This document shows, one piece after another, positions 18,082 through 26,745 of a stretch of 64,000 nucleotides of DNA. Positions within the stretch are counted from its first letter, which is position 1. Every line of letters begins with the position of its first letter. The translations under genes were made by a program, and so were the position numbers. The notes below the pieces were generated by a model. The model was not told the DNA's origin. It was given only the letters and a program-made list of their open reading frames with translations, and did no database searches. Location: the NCBI GenBank assembly GCA_964540575.1, contig CAZINI010000010.1, positions 42 through 64,041 of the forward strand. The letters run 5' to 3'. The DNA comes from an uncultured Ruminococcus sp. (GTDB taxonomy: Bacteria; Bacillota; Clostridia; Oscillospirales; Ruminococcaceae).

Positions 18082-18798
18082 ATGGTAGATAATAAGATAG
18101 GTTTCCTTAATGCTGATGATATGGTTATTCTAAATGAATGTCTGACAGATGATAATTGTGATAACGCTATTGTCAGAGTATCTAATGATGAGTCTGATAA
18201 AGATTTAGACTTTTTGACAAAACAAATATTAATGCGTTCCGATCTTTTCCGCATTAATGATACAGAAAGGTTTATAAAGATTTTAAGAATACTAGAAGAA
18301 TGTTGGTACGATTATAAACTGCCATTTCAAGAGTTAATTATTATACCGATACTTAAAAAACAACTTGAAAAGGAAATCGGAATGGAACGTAATCAAGTAA
18401 TATACGAGGTTGATTATCGAACGGGTACCGTAAACGAAAGAGTTTTTCAGAAGATAAGCGACGTTAATAAATTTGACTTAACATTTAAATGTAAGGGCGG
18501 AATATATGTAAGCTTCGAAGCGGCTGCAAAAAATTATCAGGACGCAGAAAAACTACTTGCTATTCGGATGGAAAAAGAACATAAATTATTGGCACATATT
18601 TTAGGACAAGACATTGCCGACAAACTGATTAATACAAAAGAATATCATTGTGCCCGTTTGCAGATGGGCGTTCCTTATATCGAAGATGGAATGAAATTAA
18701 TTATAAAGAGAATCCTCCGCAATAAGAGGGAGGAAAAGGAGATTGAAGAAGAAAACGAACGTTATCGTTCAGAAATACAGCAGATAATAGAGTCGTGA
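18082..18798 (+). CDS. hypothetical protein
   Basis: 238-aa ORF behind AAGGGAGAA. No motif recognised. Confidence 0.6.
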   Translation: MVDNKIGFLNADDMVILNECLTDDNCDNAIVRVSNDESDKDLDFLTKQILMRSDLFRINDTERFIKILRILEECWYDYKLPFQELIIIPILKKQLEKEIGMERNQVIYEVDYRTGTVNERVFQKISDVNKFDLTFKCKGGIYVSFEAAAKNYQDAEKLLAIRMEKEHKLLAHILGQDIADKLINTKEYHCARLQMGVPYIEDGMKLIIKRILRNKREEKEIEEENERYRSEIQQIIES

Positions 18799-18813
18799 AT
18801 GGAAGGATATATT

Positions 18814-19356
18814 ATGGCAATTATGGATAATGAAAAAATGCGTGATTATAATCAGCAGTTGGTTATGGAAATAGTGGATTTGTTCCCTAAGAGCAAAAAA
18901 GTAACGGTAATTCAGAAGAGCAATAACGTTACCGTGAAGGTTAATGGCAGTAGTGCGACTGTCATATTATATGTCAATGAGAATATCAATATTTTCTGCA
19001 AAGTATTTACTGTTAATTTTCAAGGAGTAGCCTCATCGTACTGTTACTTTGACCATAAGGACTATCAAAACGGCAGAAAGCTTGATTTGCGGTCTTATCG
19101 CACCAGAACAGTTAAAGTAATCAGATACCTTATCAGCGAAGCTGTGAATATGACTTACTGTCCCGAATGGCGTAAAAGAATGACCCCGAGCAATGCTACC
19201 AAAACGGAGTTTGATACATACGGATTGTATGGCTGCTGGGAGGGCAGATTTTTGGAAGAGCATAATTACAACGATGAAGATAAAATAGCTGAGTGGATAG
19301 ATAGGTGTACAAATCCCAAAACGGAGCTTGAACGCCGTAAGCTTAGCGGGGAATAA
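18814..19356 (+). CDS. hypothetical protein
   Basis: About 180-aa ORF. ATG 18814 behind GGAAGGA is preferred to 18799. Confidence 0.55.
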   Translation: MAIMDNEKMRDYNQQLVMEIVDLFPKSKKVTVIQKSNNVTVKVNGSSATVILYVNENINIFCKVFTVNFQGVASSYCYFDHKDYQNGRKLDLRSYRTRTVKVIRYLISEAVNMTYCPEWRKRMTPSNATKTEFDTYGLYGCWEGRFLEEHNYNDEDKIAEWIDRCTNPKTELERRKLSGE

Positions 19357-19369
19357 GAAAGGAAATCAT

Positions 19370-19657
19370 ATGATATTAAATGAAGAAGTAATGGCAAGAG
19401 AAAAAATGAAAGCTTTTTTTCAGAAGCCGCAGGGAACTATGTTTTCCAGAATTGAAATTTGCAATTATGAGAATAAGCCTGCGATAGTGATTTCATTTTG
19501 GAATAATCGAAATCCGATCGCATTCCGAATGGAAGCAGCGGAGTATTTCACAGCTGATGAGCTTGTCGAAATATTCAAAATTCAAACATTCAGAGGTGGA
19601 GAAATACGGGACGATTGGTACGATATATTCAGTCAATGGATAGAGCGGATACCATAA
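19370..19657 (+). CDS. hypothetical protein
   Basis: 95-aa ORF behind AAAGGAAA. Confidence 0.5.
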   Translation: MILNEEVMAREKMKAFFQKPQGTMFSRIEICNYENKPAIVISFWNNRNPIAFRMEAAEYFTADELVEIFKIQTFRGGEIRDDWYDIFSQWIERIP

Positions 19658-19678
19658 TGAACTTGAAAGGAGCAGAAA

Positions 19679-20593
19679 ATGAGAAGTGAAAATTGGAATA
19701 ACTGCACATCGACTGTAAGGACAAACTTCCATACTGACTTGAAGTGCCAAACAGAAAGACAATGGGCGAAACAGGGCTATCTGAAAAATGATGCGGATTG
19801 TGGCAAGAAACTGTGGGTAAATCAATATTGCCGAACACAATCACTCTATCTGTTTGCCGACGAGGTGCATAAGGCATCTGATGAAGAAGTCAGAGCCTAC
19901 TTTGCCCCGGAACGTGAACGCAGGAACGCTATTCGGAGAAAACGCCGAGCAGAAGCAAAACAGCAGCGTATCTTTGAAGAGAACCGAAAGAAAGTGTTCC
20001 GGAAAAGAGAACAGGCGGCAGCCGAAACTGTGCTGCAACGCACACCGGATGGTAAACGCACCATAGTCATAGATACAGAAACAACAGGACTTGATAGCAG
20101 CTCAGACGAGATTTTACAGTTATCTATCATTGACGAACAGGGAAGCACCCTTTTCAATGCTTATTTCAAGCCTATCACTGCTACCGAGTGGAAAGCTGCG
20201 GAACGTGTAAACGGCATTTCTCCGCAAATGGTGGCTGATTGTGAGGACATTTATGATTATTTCGGCGAGATACAGCAGATTTTGTACGATGCAGATATAA
20301 TCGTCGGATATAATACGGAGTTTGACCTTAATTTCCTTGTAAATTGTGGCTTTGAGCTGAGTGAGGACACGATAACAGTTGATGTTATGCGGGAATTTGC
20401 ACCGATATATGGAGAATGGAGCGAGGATAGGCAGGATTACAAGTGGCAGAAGCTCACCACCTGTGCGGAATATTATGGATATGATTGGAAAAAGTCAGAA
20501 AAAGCACACAATTCTCTTGGTGACTGCTTTGCAACTCTTTTCTGCTATACAAAAATAAGAGAGCAAGAACAAGCAAATAAAAAAGAAATCTGA
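19679..20593 (+). CDS. DEDDh 3'-5' exonuclease (DnaQ/epsilon-like) with an N-terminal extension
   Basis: Exo I IVIDTETTGLD, Exo II GYNTEFDLNFL, Exo III AHNSLGDCFAT. About 120 aa of basic N-terminal extension. Confidence 0.75.
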   Translation: MRSENWNNCTSTVRTNFHTDLKCQTERQWAKQGYLKNDADCGKKLWVNQYCRTQSLYLFADEVHKASDEEVRAYFAPERERRNAIRRKRRAEAKQQRIFEENRKKVFRKREQAAAETVLQRTPDGKRTIVIDTETTGLDSSSDEILQLSIIDEQGSTLFNAYFKPITATEWKAAERVNGISPQMVADCEDIYDYFGEIQQILYDADIIVGYNTEFDLNFLVNCGFELSEDTITVDVMREFAPIYGEWSEDRQDYKWQKLTTCAEYYGYDWKKSEKAHNSLGDCFATLFCYTKIREQEQANKKEI

Positions 20594-20607
20594 AGGGAAC
20601 CTATATT

Positions 20608-20862
20608 ATGAAACAGAAGTATATTGATAGGCTTATTAGCGGCAGGACAGCAGGCGAGGACTTTATGTATTTTCTTCGCAAGCTCCCCGATGAGCTTGAT
20701 GTTTATTTGGCTTTGCAGGATATATTTGATAATACGGAGGAAAATGGAGCGGATTGGGCAACTAGGCAGTTCCAGCAGATCGCTAAACAGTATCTGAGTG
20801 ATGATGCGGAATTTATGAGGTTGATTAATGAAGATGAAAAGAATAGCTCTGCACGACAGTGA
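20608..20862 (+). CDS. hypothetical protein
   Basis: 84-aa ORF behind GAAGGGAA. Confidence 0.45.
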   Translation: MKQKYIDRLISGRTAGEDFMYFLRKLPDELDVYLALQDIFDNTEENGADWATRQFQQIAKQYLSDDAEFMRLINEDEKNSSARQ

Positions 20863-21799
20863 ACAGGAATACATATCACATAAAACTTTTCCGAATTATG
20901 CGTTGATGAAAATATCCGCATATCATAAATCGCAAGGAGATACCGTTGAATGGTGGCTGCCGTTATTGCAATATGACATAGTGTATTCCAGCAAGATATT
21001 CGATTTCACTCCCGAAAATCCCTATTTGCCGCCTGATACTATAAAAGGCGGGACGGGCTATGATGTACACTCTGTTCTCCCGCCGGAAATAGATGATATG
21101 TTTCCCGATTACAGCATTTATCCCGAATGTGATTATGCGATAGGATTTATAACAAGAGGTTGTCCGAACAAATGCCGATGGTGTGTCGTTCCCGAAAAAG
21201 AGGGTAATATAAAGCCTTATAGGGAATGGCGGCAGCTTATACGATCCGACAGCGACAAGCTGGTACTTATGGATAACAATATTCTTGCAAGCGACTTCGG
21301 CATAGCACAGCTTGAGAATATGATTGGCAGCGGATATAAAATCGACCTGAATCAGGGAATGGACGCACGTCTTGTGACCGATGAAATAGCGGAGATACTG
21401 TCAAAGCTTTCTTGGATAAGGCATATTCGCTTTAGCTGTGACAGTATTCCTCAGATAGATGCTATTATTTCGGCAGCGGAAAAGCTTATGAAATATGGAG
21501 TCCGTCCTTACAGGCTGTTTGTTTATCTGCTTGTCACAAAGGATATTGATAATGCTGCATATCGTGTTGAGCAATTAAAAAGGCTTACGGGCATTAATAT
21601 CTATGCTCAGGCGGAGCGGAACACAAGAATGAATATCATTCCAAATGCAGAACAGCTTGAATTTGCTCAAAGATATGTTTACAGCGGGCGTTTCAGGCAG
21701 GAAACTTGGTATGAATACCGGGAAAGGATTTTTATAAAGAAATTCCCCAGTGGGGAAATCATAAGGAGTGGTCAGTATGACAATAAAAGAATTCTGTGA
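20828..21799 (+). CDS. radical SAM enzyme (unassigned subfamily)
   Basis: 323-aa ORF with a CxxxCxxC cluster (GCPNKCRWCVVPE). The last 20 aa (KKFPSGEIIRSGQYDNKRIL) read through palindrome P2 and overlap the next gene. Confidence 0.7.
   Translation: MKMKRIALHDSEQEYISHKTFPNYALMKISAYHKSQGDTVEWWLPLLQYDIVYSSKIFDFTPENPYLPPDTIKGGTGYDVHSVLPPEIDDMFPDYSIYPECDYAIGFITRGCPNKCRWCVVPEKEGNIKPYREWRQLIRSDSDKLVLMDNNILASDFGIAQLENMIGSGYKIDLNQGMDARLVTDEIAEILSKLSWIRHIRFSCDSIPQIDAIISAAEKLMKYGVRPYRLFVYLLVTKDIDNAAYRVEQLKRLTGINIYAQAERNTRMNIIPNAEQLEFAQRYVYSGRFRQETWYEYRERIFIKKFPSGEIIRSGQYDNKRIL
21741..21759. repeat. palindrome copy P2 (AATTCCCC-AGT-GGGGAAAT)
   Basis: Read directly. 17-nt gap to ATG 21777; lies inside the 3' tail of the radical SAM ORF. 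Confidence 0.9.
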
Positions 21800-23081
21800 G
21801 AAATACAATAAGGACGAGAAGAATGTTCGTGCAAAGGTTTTTCGCTATAAGAACGAGCTGAAAGACCACATAAGCAAAACGCCGTACACAAAAACATTGA
21901 ACCTTGATGATTATGCGGTGGAGTTTTTGCTTGAAGATCGGAGAGGTCGGTATAATCAAGATATTCCCGAACAGCCGACAGAGGAAGATACAACTGTGCG
22001 TCCGAACGATGTGGATATGTTTCCTCATTGGAGTGCGGAGAAGAAGCGGAGAGTAATGGATATATGCTTTCGAGAGGTAAAAAAATATTGGTACAGCTTG
22101 CGGTACATACCCGATGAATTTAAAACATATGAGCTATGCAAATATGCGGTTGAGAATCAGGGTCTTGCTTTGGAATATGTGCCTAAGTGGTTTGTTACGC
22201 AAGAAATATGCGATATAGCGGTGAAGGAAAACGGTATTGCATTGGCGTATGTTCCCGAAAAATATATGACCAAAGAAATGGTTAAAATTGCTTTTGATAA
22301 CTGTGCGAGTATGCAAAAGCGAGTAAAAAGGTATATGATGACTATTGATGAAATGGACGCAGACGACCATCTGCTCAAATATGTACCCGACAGATTTATT
22401 GATAAAGATATATGTCTGAAAGCACTTGTTTACTGTGCAAGCAATGCACAATACATTCCGCCAAAATATATGGAAGATGAAGCAATGATTTCCGAAGCAA
22501 ATAAGGATATTGTAAGCAGGAAATATATACCTAAATGGTATTGGACAAAGGAGCACGTTATCGAAACCATAAAGAAATACACTGACGATAAAAGATTTAA
22601 CGGGCTGGTAGGAATTCCGAGAGAAGCTTTTGATTATGATTTCTATCTGGAGCTGATAGAATCCAAGCTGATAAATCCCGAAGATGTATATCAGAGTGAA
22701 TATTATTCGGAAATATTGAGTGCTTCGGAAAAGAACAGTATTCGTCAGATCGACATTGATAGGTATAATCGTTCCGAGGAATTATATGGTCTTGTTCAGA
22801 AGGACTCGAACAATATCAGACTTATCCCGCTTGATGATGAAAGATATGAAACATATGCTACATTGGCAGTATGCAAATGCGGAGAAACTCTGAAATACAT
22901 ACCCGTTGAAAGGCGTGACTTTGATTTGTGTAGAGCTGCTATAGAAGATGATCCGAATGCGATGCGGTATGTTCCCGATGAATTTAAGGAACAGATAGTG
23001 GAGGAAATCAAGCATCGTACAAATTGGCTCAGATATTTGTTTGACGATGGGTATTTCTCGGATATTTTATCTGAGATGTAA
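21777..23081 (+). CDS. DUF4116 repeat protein
   Basis: Repeated (L/A)xYVP(D/E)x(F/Y)xTxE(I/M)Cxx(A/V) units (ALEYVPKWFVTQEICDIAV, LAYVPEKYMTKEMVKIAF, LKYVPDRFIDKDICLKAL, MRYVPDEFKEQ). ATG 21777 is 8 nt after AAGGAG. Confidence 0.7.
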   Translation: MTIKEFCEKYNKDEKNVRAKVFRYKNELKDHISKTPYTKTLNLDDYAVEFLLEDRRGRYNQDIPEQPTEEDTTVRPNDVDMFPHWSAEKKRRVMDICFREVKKYWYSLRYIPDEFKTYELCKYAVENQGLALEYVPKWFVTQEICDIAVKENGIALAYVPEKYMTKEMVKIAFDNCASMQKRVKRYMMTIDEMDADDHLLKYVPDRFIDKDICLKALVYCASNAQYIPPKYMEDEAMISEANKDIVSRKYIPKWYWTKEHVIETIKKYTDDKRFNGLVGIPREAFDYDFYLELIESKLINPEDVYQSEYYSEILSASEKNSIRQIDIDRYNRSEELYGLVQKDSNNIRLIPLDDERYETYATLAVCKCGETLKYIPVERRDFDLCRAAIEDDPNAMRYVPDEFKEQIVEEIKHRTNWLRYLFDDGYFSDILSEM

Positions 23082-23086
23082 TGAAA

Positions 23087-23105
23087 AATTCCCCACCGGG
23101 GAATT
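23087..23105. repeat. palindrome copy P3 (AATTCCCC-ACC-GGGGAATT)
   Basis: Read directly. 5 nt after the stop at 23081 and a 16-nt gap to ATG 23122. Confidence 0.95.
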
Positions 23106-23121
23106 GGAGAGGAAGGTCATT

Positions 23122-23568
23122 ATGAATAACATTGAAGAACTGTACAAATTTCATAAAAATGTGGTATTATGGGTAGAGGAGATGATACTGAGAAATGAAC
23201 TTCGGCTGCGTGATGTTCCCGGTGAAATACGGCGAACATCAAAGCTGATTTACATAGCGGCATTTAGGGCAAGCAGAAGTGTATCCTGCTTTAGGTTTAT
23301 TTCTGATTTGCAGGTGCTCTGTGAAGATATTGCTCTTCTGCCCGATACCGATAAAAAAAGAAAATCGGAACTGATAGCTCTTCTCAGTGATACTCTCCAA
23401 TTAAGTGATTATAAGGGTGATGAACGCTTTGAAGCTTTTAAAAAGGATATGGACGAAGATGTTTTGCGAGAATTGCACAGCTATGAATATGCTCACGGAA
23501 AGCAATTGCAAGCTATGCTCAGAGAATACCGAACTAAAAATGGAATTAAGGGAATTTCAAAAGGTTGA
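23122..23568 (+). CDS. hypothetical protein
   Basis: 148-aa ORF behind GGAGAGGAAGG. Confidence 0.5.
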   Translation: MNNIEELYKFHKNVVLWVEEMILRNELRLRDVPGEIRRTSKLIYIAAFRASRSVSCFRFISDLQVLCEDIALLPDTDKKRKSELIALLSDTLQLSDYKGDERFEAFKKDMDEDVLRELHSYEYAHGKQLQAMLREYRTKNGIKGISKG

Positions 23569-23995
23569 AGGTCTTAACGAAACTTCTGAACAGATATTAT
23601 GTATTCGGACACATTGCAATAATCACATTTGTATAACCGCAGCGGCGAAATATGATTATAAAAATGCTGTTTCGGCGATAGATTTCAAGCTTTACAAATT
23701 GGACAATTTCGGTGATATTTCACAGGCTTGCATTGGAAGGTCATTCTGCAAAATTAACGGAAGTGTTTTCTGCATTGCCGATATTGGCATTGAGGAGCAA
23801 TATCGTAATAACGGTTACGGTTCATTGCTTCTGTCGGAAATCATTAAATATGCAGAGCAACTTAATGTGACGAAAATAAAGGGAAGAGTCTATTATGGTG
23901 ATGTTAAAGAAAATGAAGCTAAAGATCGGCTTTATCATTTTTATGAAGAGCACGGCTTTGTTATAGATGAAGGAAGGCTGACCTTATGTCTGTGA
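23540..23995 (+). CDS. GNAT-family acetyltransferase (start uncertain)
   Basis: The C-terminal half has the acetyl-CoA motif IEEQYRNNGYGSLLLSEIIKYAEQ and YEEHGF. The track ORF starts at 23405; Met at 23540 minimises overlap with the upstream gene. Confidence 0.55.
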   Translation: MELREFQKVEGLNETSEQILCIRTHCNNHICITAAAKYDYKNAVSAIDFKLYKLDNFGDISQACIGRSFCKINGSVFCIADIGIEEQYRNNGYGSLLLSEIIKYAEQLNVTKIKGRVYYGDVKENEAKDRLYHFYEEHGFVIDEGRLTLCL

Positions 23996-24004
23996 CAAAA
24001 TAAA

Positions 24005-24021
24005 AATTCCCCACCGGGGAA
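24005..24021. repeat. palindrome copy P4 (AATTCCCC-ACC-GGGGAA)
   Basis: Read directly. 9 nt after the stop at 23995 and a 19-nt gap to ATG 24041. Confidence 0.95.
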
Positions 24022-24040
24022 CAGAAAGGAAACTGTGAAA

Positions 24041-25078
24041 ATGGAAAACCTTGATAAAATCTACGAAATCTGTATAAAACATCTGGAGGAATATCCAAGT
24101 GCGATAGAGTATGTCCCAGAACAGTATCTGACCGAGGAGCTGTGCATAGCAGCGTTAAATAGTAAACGGATGCGTTGGGGTTACGAAGCAAAGGAAATAT
24201 GGGAGCATATACCGATGGACAAGCTTACTCCGAAAGTATGTGAAGCTGCTGCTTGCAATAACAAGTATACGCTGGAGCATATTCCCGACAGCTGCAAAAC
24301 ATCAAAGGTGTTCTTTGAAGCGGTAAGAAGCTTTGGATATTTGCTGAAGGTCGTTCCGATAGCTTTTCACAGCAAGGAAATGTACATAAATTCCGTTTCG
24401 CAGAACGGCGGCAATCTTGAATATGTACCCGCAGAGAAACGTTCGGAGGAGATTTGCAAGGCTGCTTTCAATGCCAAGTATAACGGAGGAGCGGCGGTTG
24501 AATTTATCCCGGATAAGTATCTGACAGAAGATATGTGCCTTTCGGCTGTTTGCTCCGACGGAAAGCTGCTTGATGTTATCCCTACACATTACAAAACAGC
24601 CGAGATGTGTTTATCCGCATTGAAGCACAGCAGTTGGGTGACAATATGTGGGAACAGCAAATCAGCTGATAAGGCATTTTCTGATTATGTCAAGAAACAT
24701 ATCCCCGCAAAGGTGTCCGAGGAAGTATGTGAACGCTTTAATGAATACTTATCTTGGATCAACAAAGATAAAAATCAGGAAAACGAATGGAGAAGGCTTG
24801 TATCGGAAAATCCTCTTTACATAAAGAACATTCCCGAAGAAAAGAGGAGCAGCAATATATGCGAAATAGCAATAAAGCAGGAAGGACTTACGTTGAAATA
24901 CGTTCCCGAAAGGTATAGGAGCTTGCTTTATTGCCAATGGGCAGTGCTGAATAATCCCGATGCTCTTTTATATGTTCCCGAAGAAATGCGAAAAGAGGTG
25001 ATAACTTATGTTAAGGAAAGCTGTCAGTATGTAGGCGTTCTGTTTGGAAACAGCCCTTACAAAGAATACTTTTTATGA
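24041..25078 (+). CDS. DUF4116 repeat protein (second copy)
   Basis: Repeats AIEYVPEQYLTEELCIAAL, LEHIPDSCKTSKVFFEAV, LEYVPAEKRSEEICKAAF, VEFIPDKYLTEDMCLSAV, LKYVPERYRSLLYCQWAV. Confidence 0.7.
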   Translation: MENLDKIYEICIKHLEEYPSAIEYVPEQYLTEELCIAALNSKRMRWGYEAKEIWEHIPMDKLTPKVCEAAACNNKYTLEHIPDSCKTSKVFFEAVRSFGYLLKVVPIAFHSKEMYINSVSQNGGNLEYVPAEKRSEEICKAAFNAKYNGGAAVEFIPDKYLTEDMCLSAVCSDGKLLDVIPTHYKTAEMCLSALKHSSWVTICGNSKSADKAFSDYVKKHIPAKVSEEVCERFNEYLSWINKDKNQENEWRRLVSENPLYIKNIPEEKRSSNICEIAIKQEGLTLKYVPERYRSLLYCQWAVLNNPDALLYVPEEMRKEVITYVKESCQYVGVLFGNSPYKEYFL

Positions 25079-25096
25079 TAATGGAAGGTGAATGAT

Positions 25097-25858
25097 ATGG
25101 CTTTTTTGGAAAAGTTTGACTTGCTTGACGATGATTTGAAATTACAGTATAATTCCCCGGTGGGGAATTGCAATGCCGAGAATGGAGGTACGAAAAAGAT
25201 GAAAGAACACAATGATTATTTTACGGAAGAAAAGTACAAAGAGATGTATGAATTGGCAAACAAGAGGGTAGATGGGCTTCGTGCTATGGCTGAGAATATT
25301 ATCTCGGGTGATAAAAAAATAATAGTTGATATAAAGACTACAAATTGGATGTTTAGCGGGACAGTTGCACCTAAAGCCGAGCTCCTGTGGCTGACGATAA
25401 TTGATACCGACGGAAATGTGCTGTATGACAGTGCATTGGCACCACATGAATATGAATTTAATCAGGATTTCAGGAGATTATCCAAAAGAACAGGAATAGA
25501 TTTTGACCGGCTGTCAAGTGCTCCGACGTTGAGAAATCAGCTCTATAAGATAAATGAGATACTACTTTCTGCAAAAGCTATTATAGGATACTCTGTTGGG
25601 AAGATTATGGGGTATCTCAGACAGTCGGGCTGTGTGTGGCGTTCCGATTGTGAGCTTGGTAGTCTGGATAAAGCGTTTGAGGATACTATCGCCGAAATTA
25701 CAGATAAAAGAAATGCCACACTTGAAGAATGTGCGGCATTTTGGGAATATGAATGGCAGAATGAAGGAACCGAACACAGTACACTTGATAACTGCCGTGC
25801 GATCCTGCATTGCTATAACAGAATGATCGAGGAGAGATTTGAACTTGACGACTATTGA
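25097..25858 (+). CDS. DEDD-exonuclease-like protein with degenerate catalytic motifs (start uncertain)
   Basis: Same fold pattern as 19679-20593, but Exo I reads VDIKTTNW (E replaced by K), Exo II reads GYSVGKIMGYL (no Asp), and Exo III reads EHSTLDNCRAI. An alternative start at ATG 25199 behind GGAGGT would put palindrome P5 in the 5' UTR. Confidence 0.5.
   Translation: MAFLEKFDLLDDDLKLQYNSPVGNCNAENGGTKKMKEHNDYFTEEKYKEMYELANKRVDGLRAMAENIISGDKKIIVDIKTTNWMFSGTVAPKAELLWLTIIDTDGNVLYDSALAPHEYEFNQDFRRLSKRTGIDFDRLSSAPTLRNQLYKINEILLSAKAIIGYSVGKIMGYLRQSGCVWRSDCELGSLDKAFEDTIAEITDKRNATLEECAAFWEYEWQNEGTEHSTLDNCRAILHCYNRMIEERFELDDY
25151..25169. repeat. palindrome copy P5 (AATTCCCC-GGT-GGGGAATT)
   Basis: Read directly. 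Translated as NSPVGN if the CDS starts at 25097. Confidence 0.95.
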
Positions 25859-25887
25859 CTGTTTCTTATCGAAAGAAAAAATCCACC

Positions 25888-26103
25888 TTATTCGCCCTTA
25901 TCTTGTTTTTCGAGATATTGGTAGTATTCTTCCAAGCATTTCCATACATAGTTTTTGAGGACGGCTCCCGGGGTGGTCTTGTTGATGGCACACCACTTCT
26001 TGAAATCGTCCGCTTCCTCCGTCCTCATACGGCAGCTGACCGAACGCATATTTTCCTTGTCCCATTTGCGGGCGTATTGCTTTTGTTTTTCCGATACAGG
26101 CAT
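25888..26103 (-). CDS. small ribbon-helix-helix-like DNA-binding protein (tentative)
   Basis: 71-aa basic ORF behind AGGAGG, divergent from the 26299 operon. Its promoter region carries inverted repeats. Confidence 0.45.
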   Translation of the reverse strand: MPVSEKQKQYARKWDKENMRSVSCRMRTEEADDFKKWCAINKTTPGAVLKNYVWKCLEEYYQYLEKQDKGE

Positions 26104-26116
26104 ATTATCAATCCTC

Positions 26117-26230
26117 CTATCAACAGTATATCACATATTTTATACTGTTGATAGTGACATTGTGTACAAACTTGCTGTTAAAAGTTTGTTTATATTTACT
26201 ATTGCAAAATACTGTTGACAGTAGTATAAT
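26117..26230. promoter_or_regulatory. operator inverted repeat plus consensus promoter
   Basis: CTATCAACAGTATA (26117-26130) and TATACTGTTGATAG (26141-26154) are perfect inverted repeats. A third half-site ATACTGTTGACAG (26209-26221) lies between TTGCAA (26202-26207) and TATAAT (26225-26230), which have a 17-nt spacer. Confidence 0.6.
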
Positions 26231-26254
26231 GTTATTGTAAGGAAAAAACAAAAC

Positions 26255-26272
26255 ATTCCCCGATGGGGAATT
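26255..26272. repeat. palindrome copy P6 (ATTCCCC-GAT-GGGGAATT)
   Basis: Read directly. Sits in the 5' leader between the promoter at 26202-26230 and ATG 26299. Confidence 0.95.
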
Positions 26273-26298
26273 GAAATCATTCAGATGGAGGGGTAAAT

Positions 26299-26625
26299 AT
26301 GGCAGCAGTTATCTTGTTATTGCCAATCAAGCTTTTGGGAAAGGCTATGTGTCACATAGCCGCAGCGGTTTTCGGAGCGGCGGGTTTTCTGATAGCATTG
26401 GCGGGAGCACTAACTCAGCGTGTGGGAGCGTTTATCGGAGGATTATGTTTGCTGTCTGTGATAGCCGCACTCATATTCCAAGCAGGGACGTCATTTATGC
26501 TTGCTGCCGCTGCTGCCGGAGTTGCGTTGATTTTATCTCCCTTTATTGTTATTGCAATAGCGGGAGTTATGTATGCGATTAGAGAAGCACTGCTCAATAT
26601 ATCGGAAGAAATCGACTTATACTAA
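26299..26625 (+). CDS. small membrane protein (3 TM)
   Basis: 108-aa hydrophobic ORF behind GGAGGGG. Confidence 0.55.
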   Translation: MAAVILLLPIKLLGKAMCHIAAAVFGAAGFLIALAGALTQRVGAFIGGLCLLSVIAALIFQAGTSFMLAAAAAGVALILSPFIVIAIAGVMYAIREALLNISEEIDLY

Positions 26626-26745
26626 ACACCATTAGAATTATGGAGAAGAAATCGCTGCAAAATCTTGCATATATGGATTTTGTGGCGAGAGATTCCCATA
26701 ATTCAATGAGTGTTTGGTATTATACCGTAACAGGAGGTAAATGTT

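Noticed and set aside
23087-23105. ICE palindromes as rho-independent terminators
   Set aside because: None of the copies is followed by a U-tract on either strand (the following bases are GGAG, CAGA, CAAA, TAAG, and so on). Several lie inside long ORFs that continue uninterrupted.
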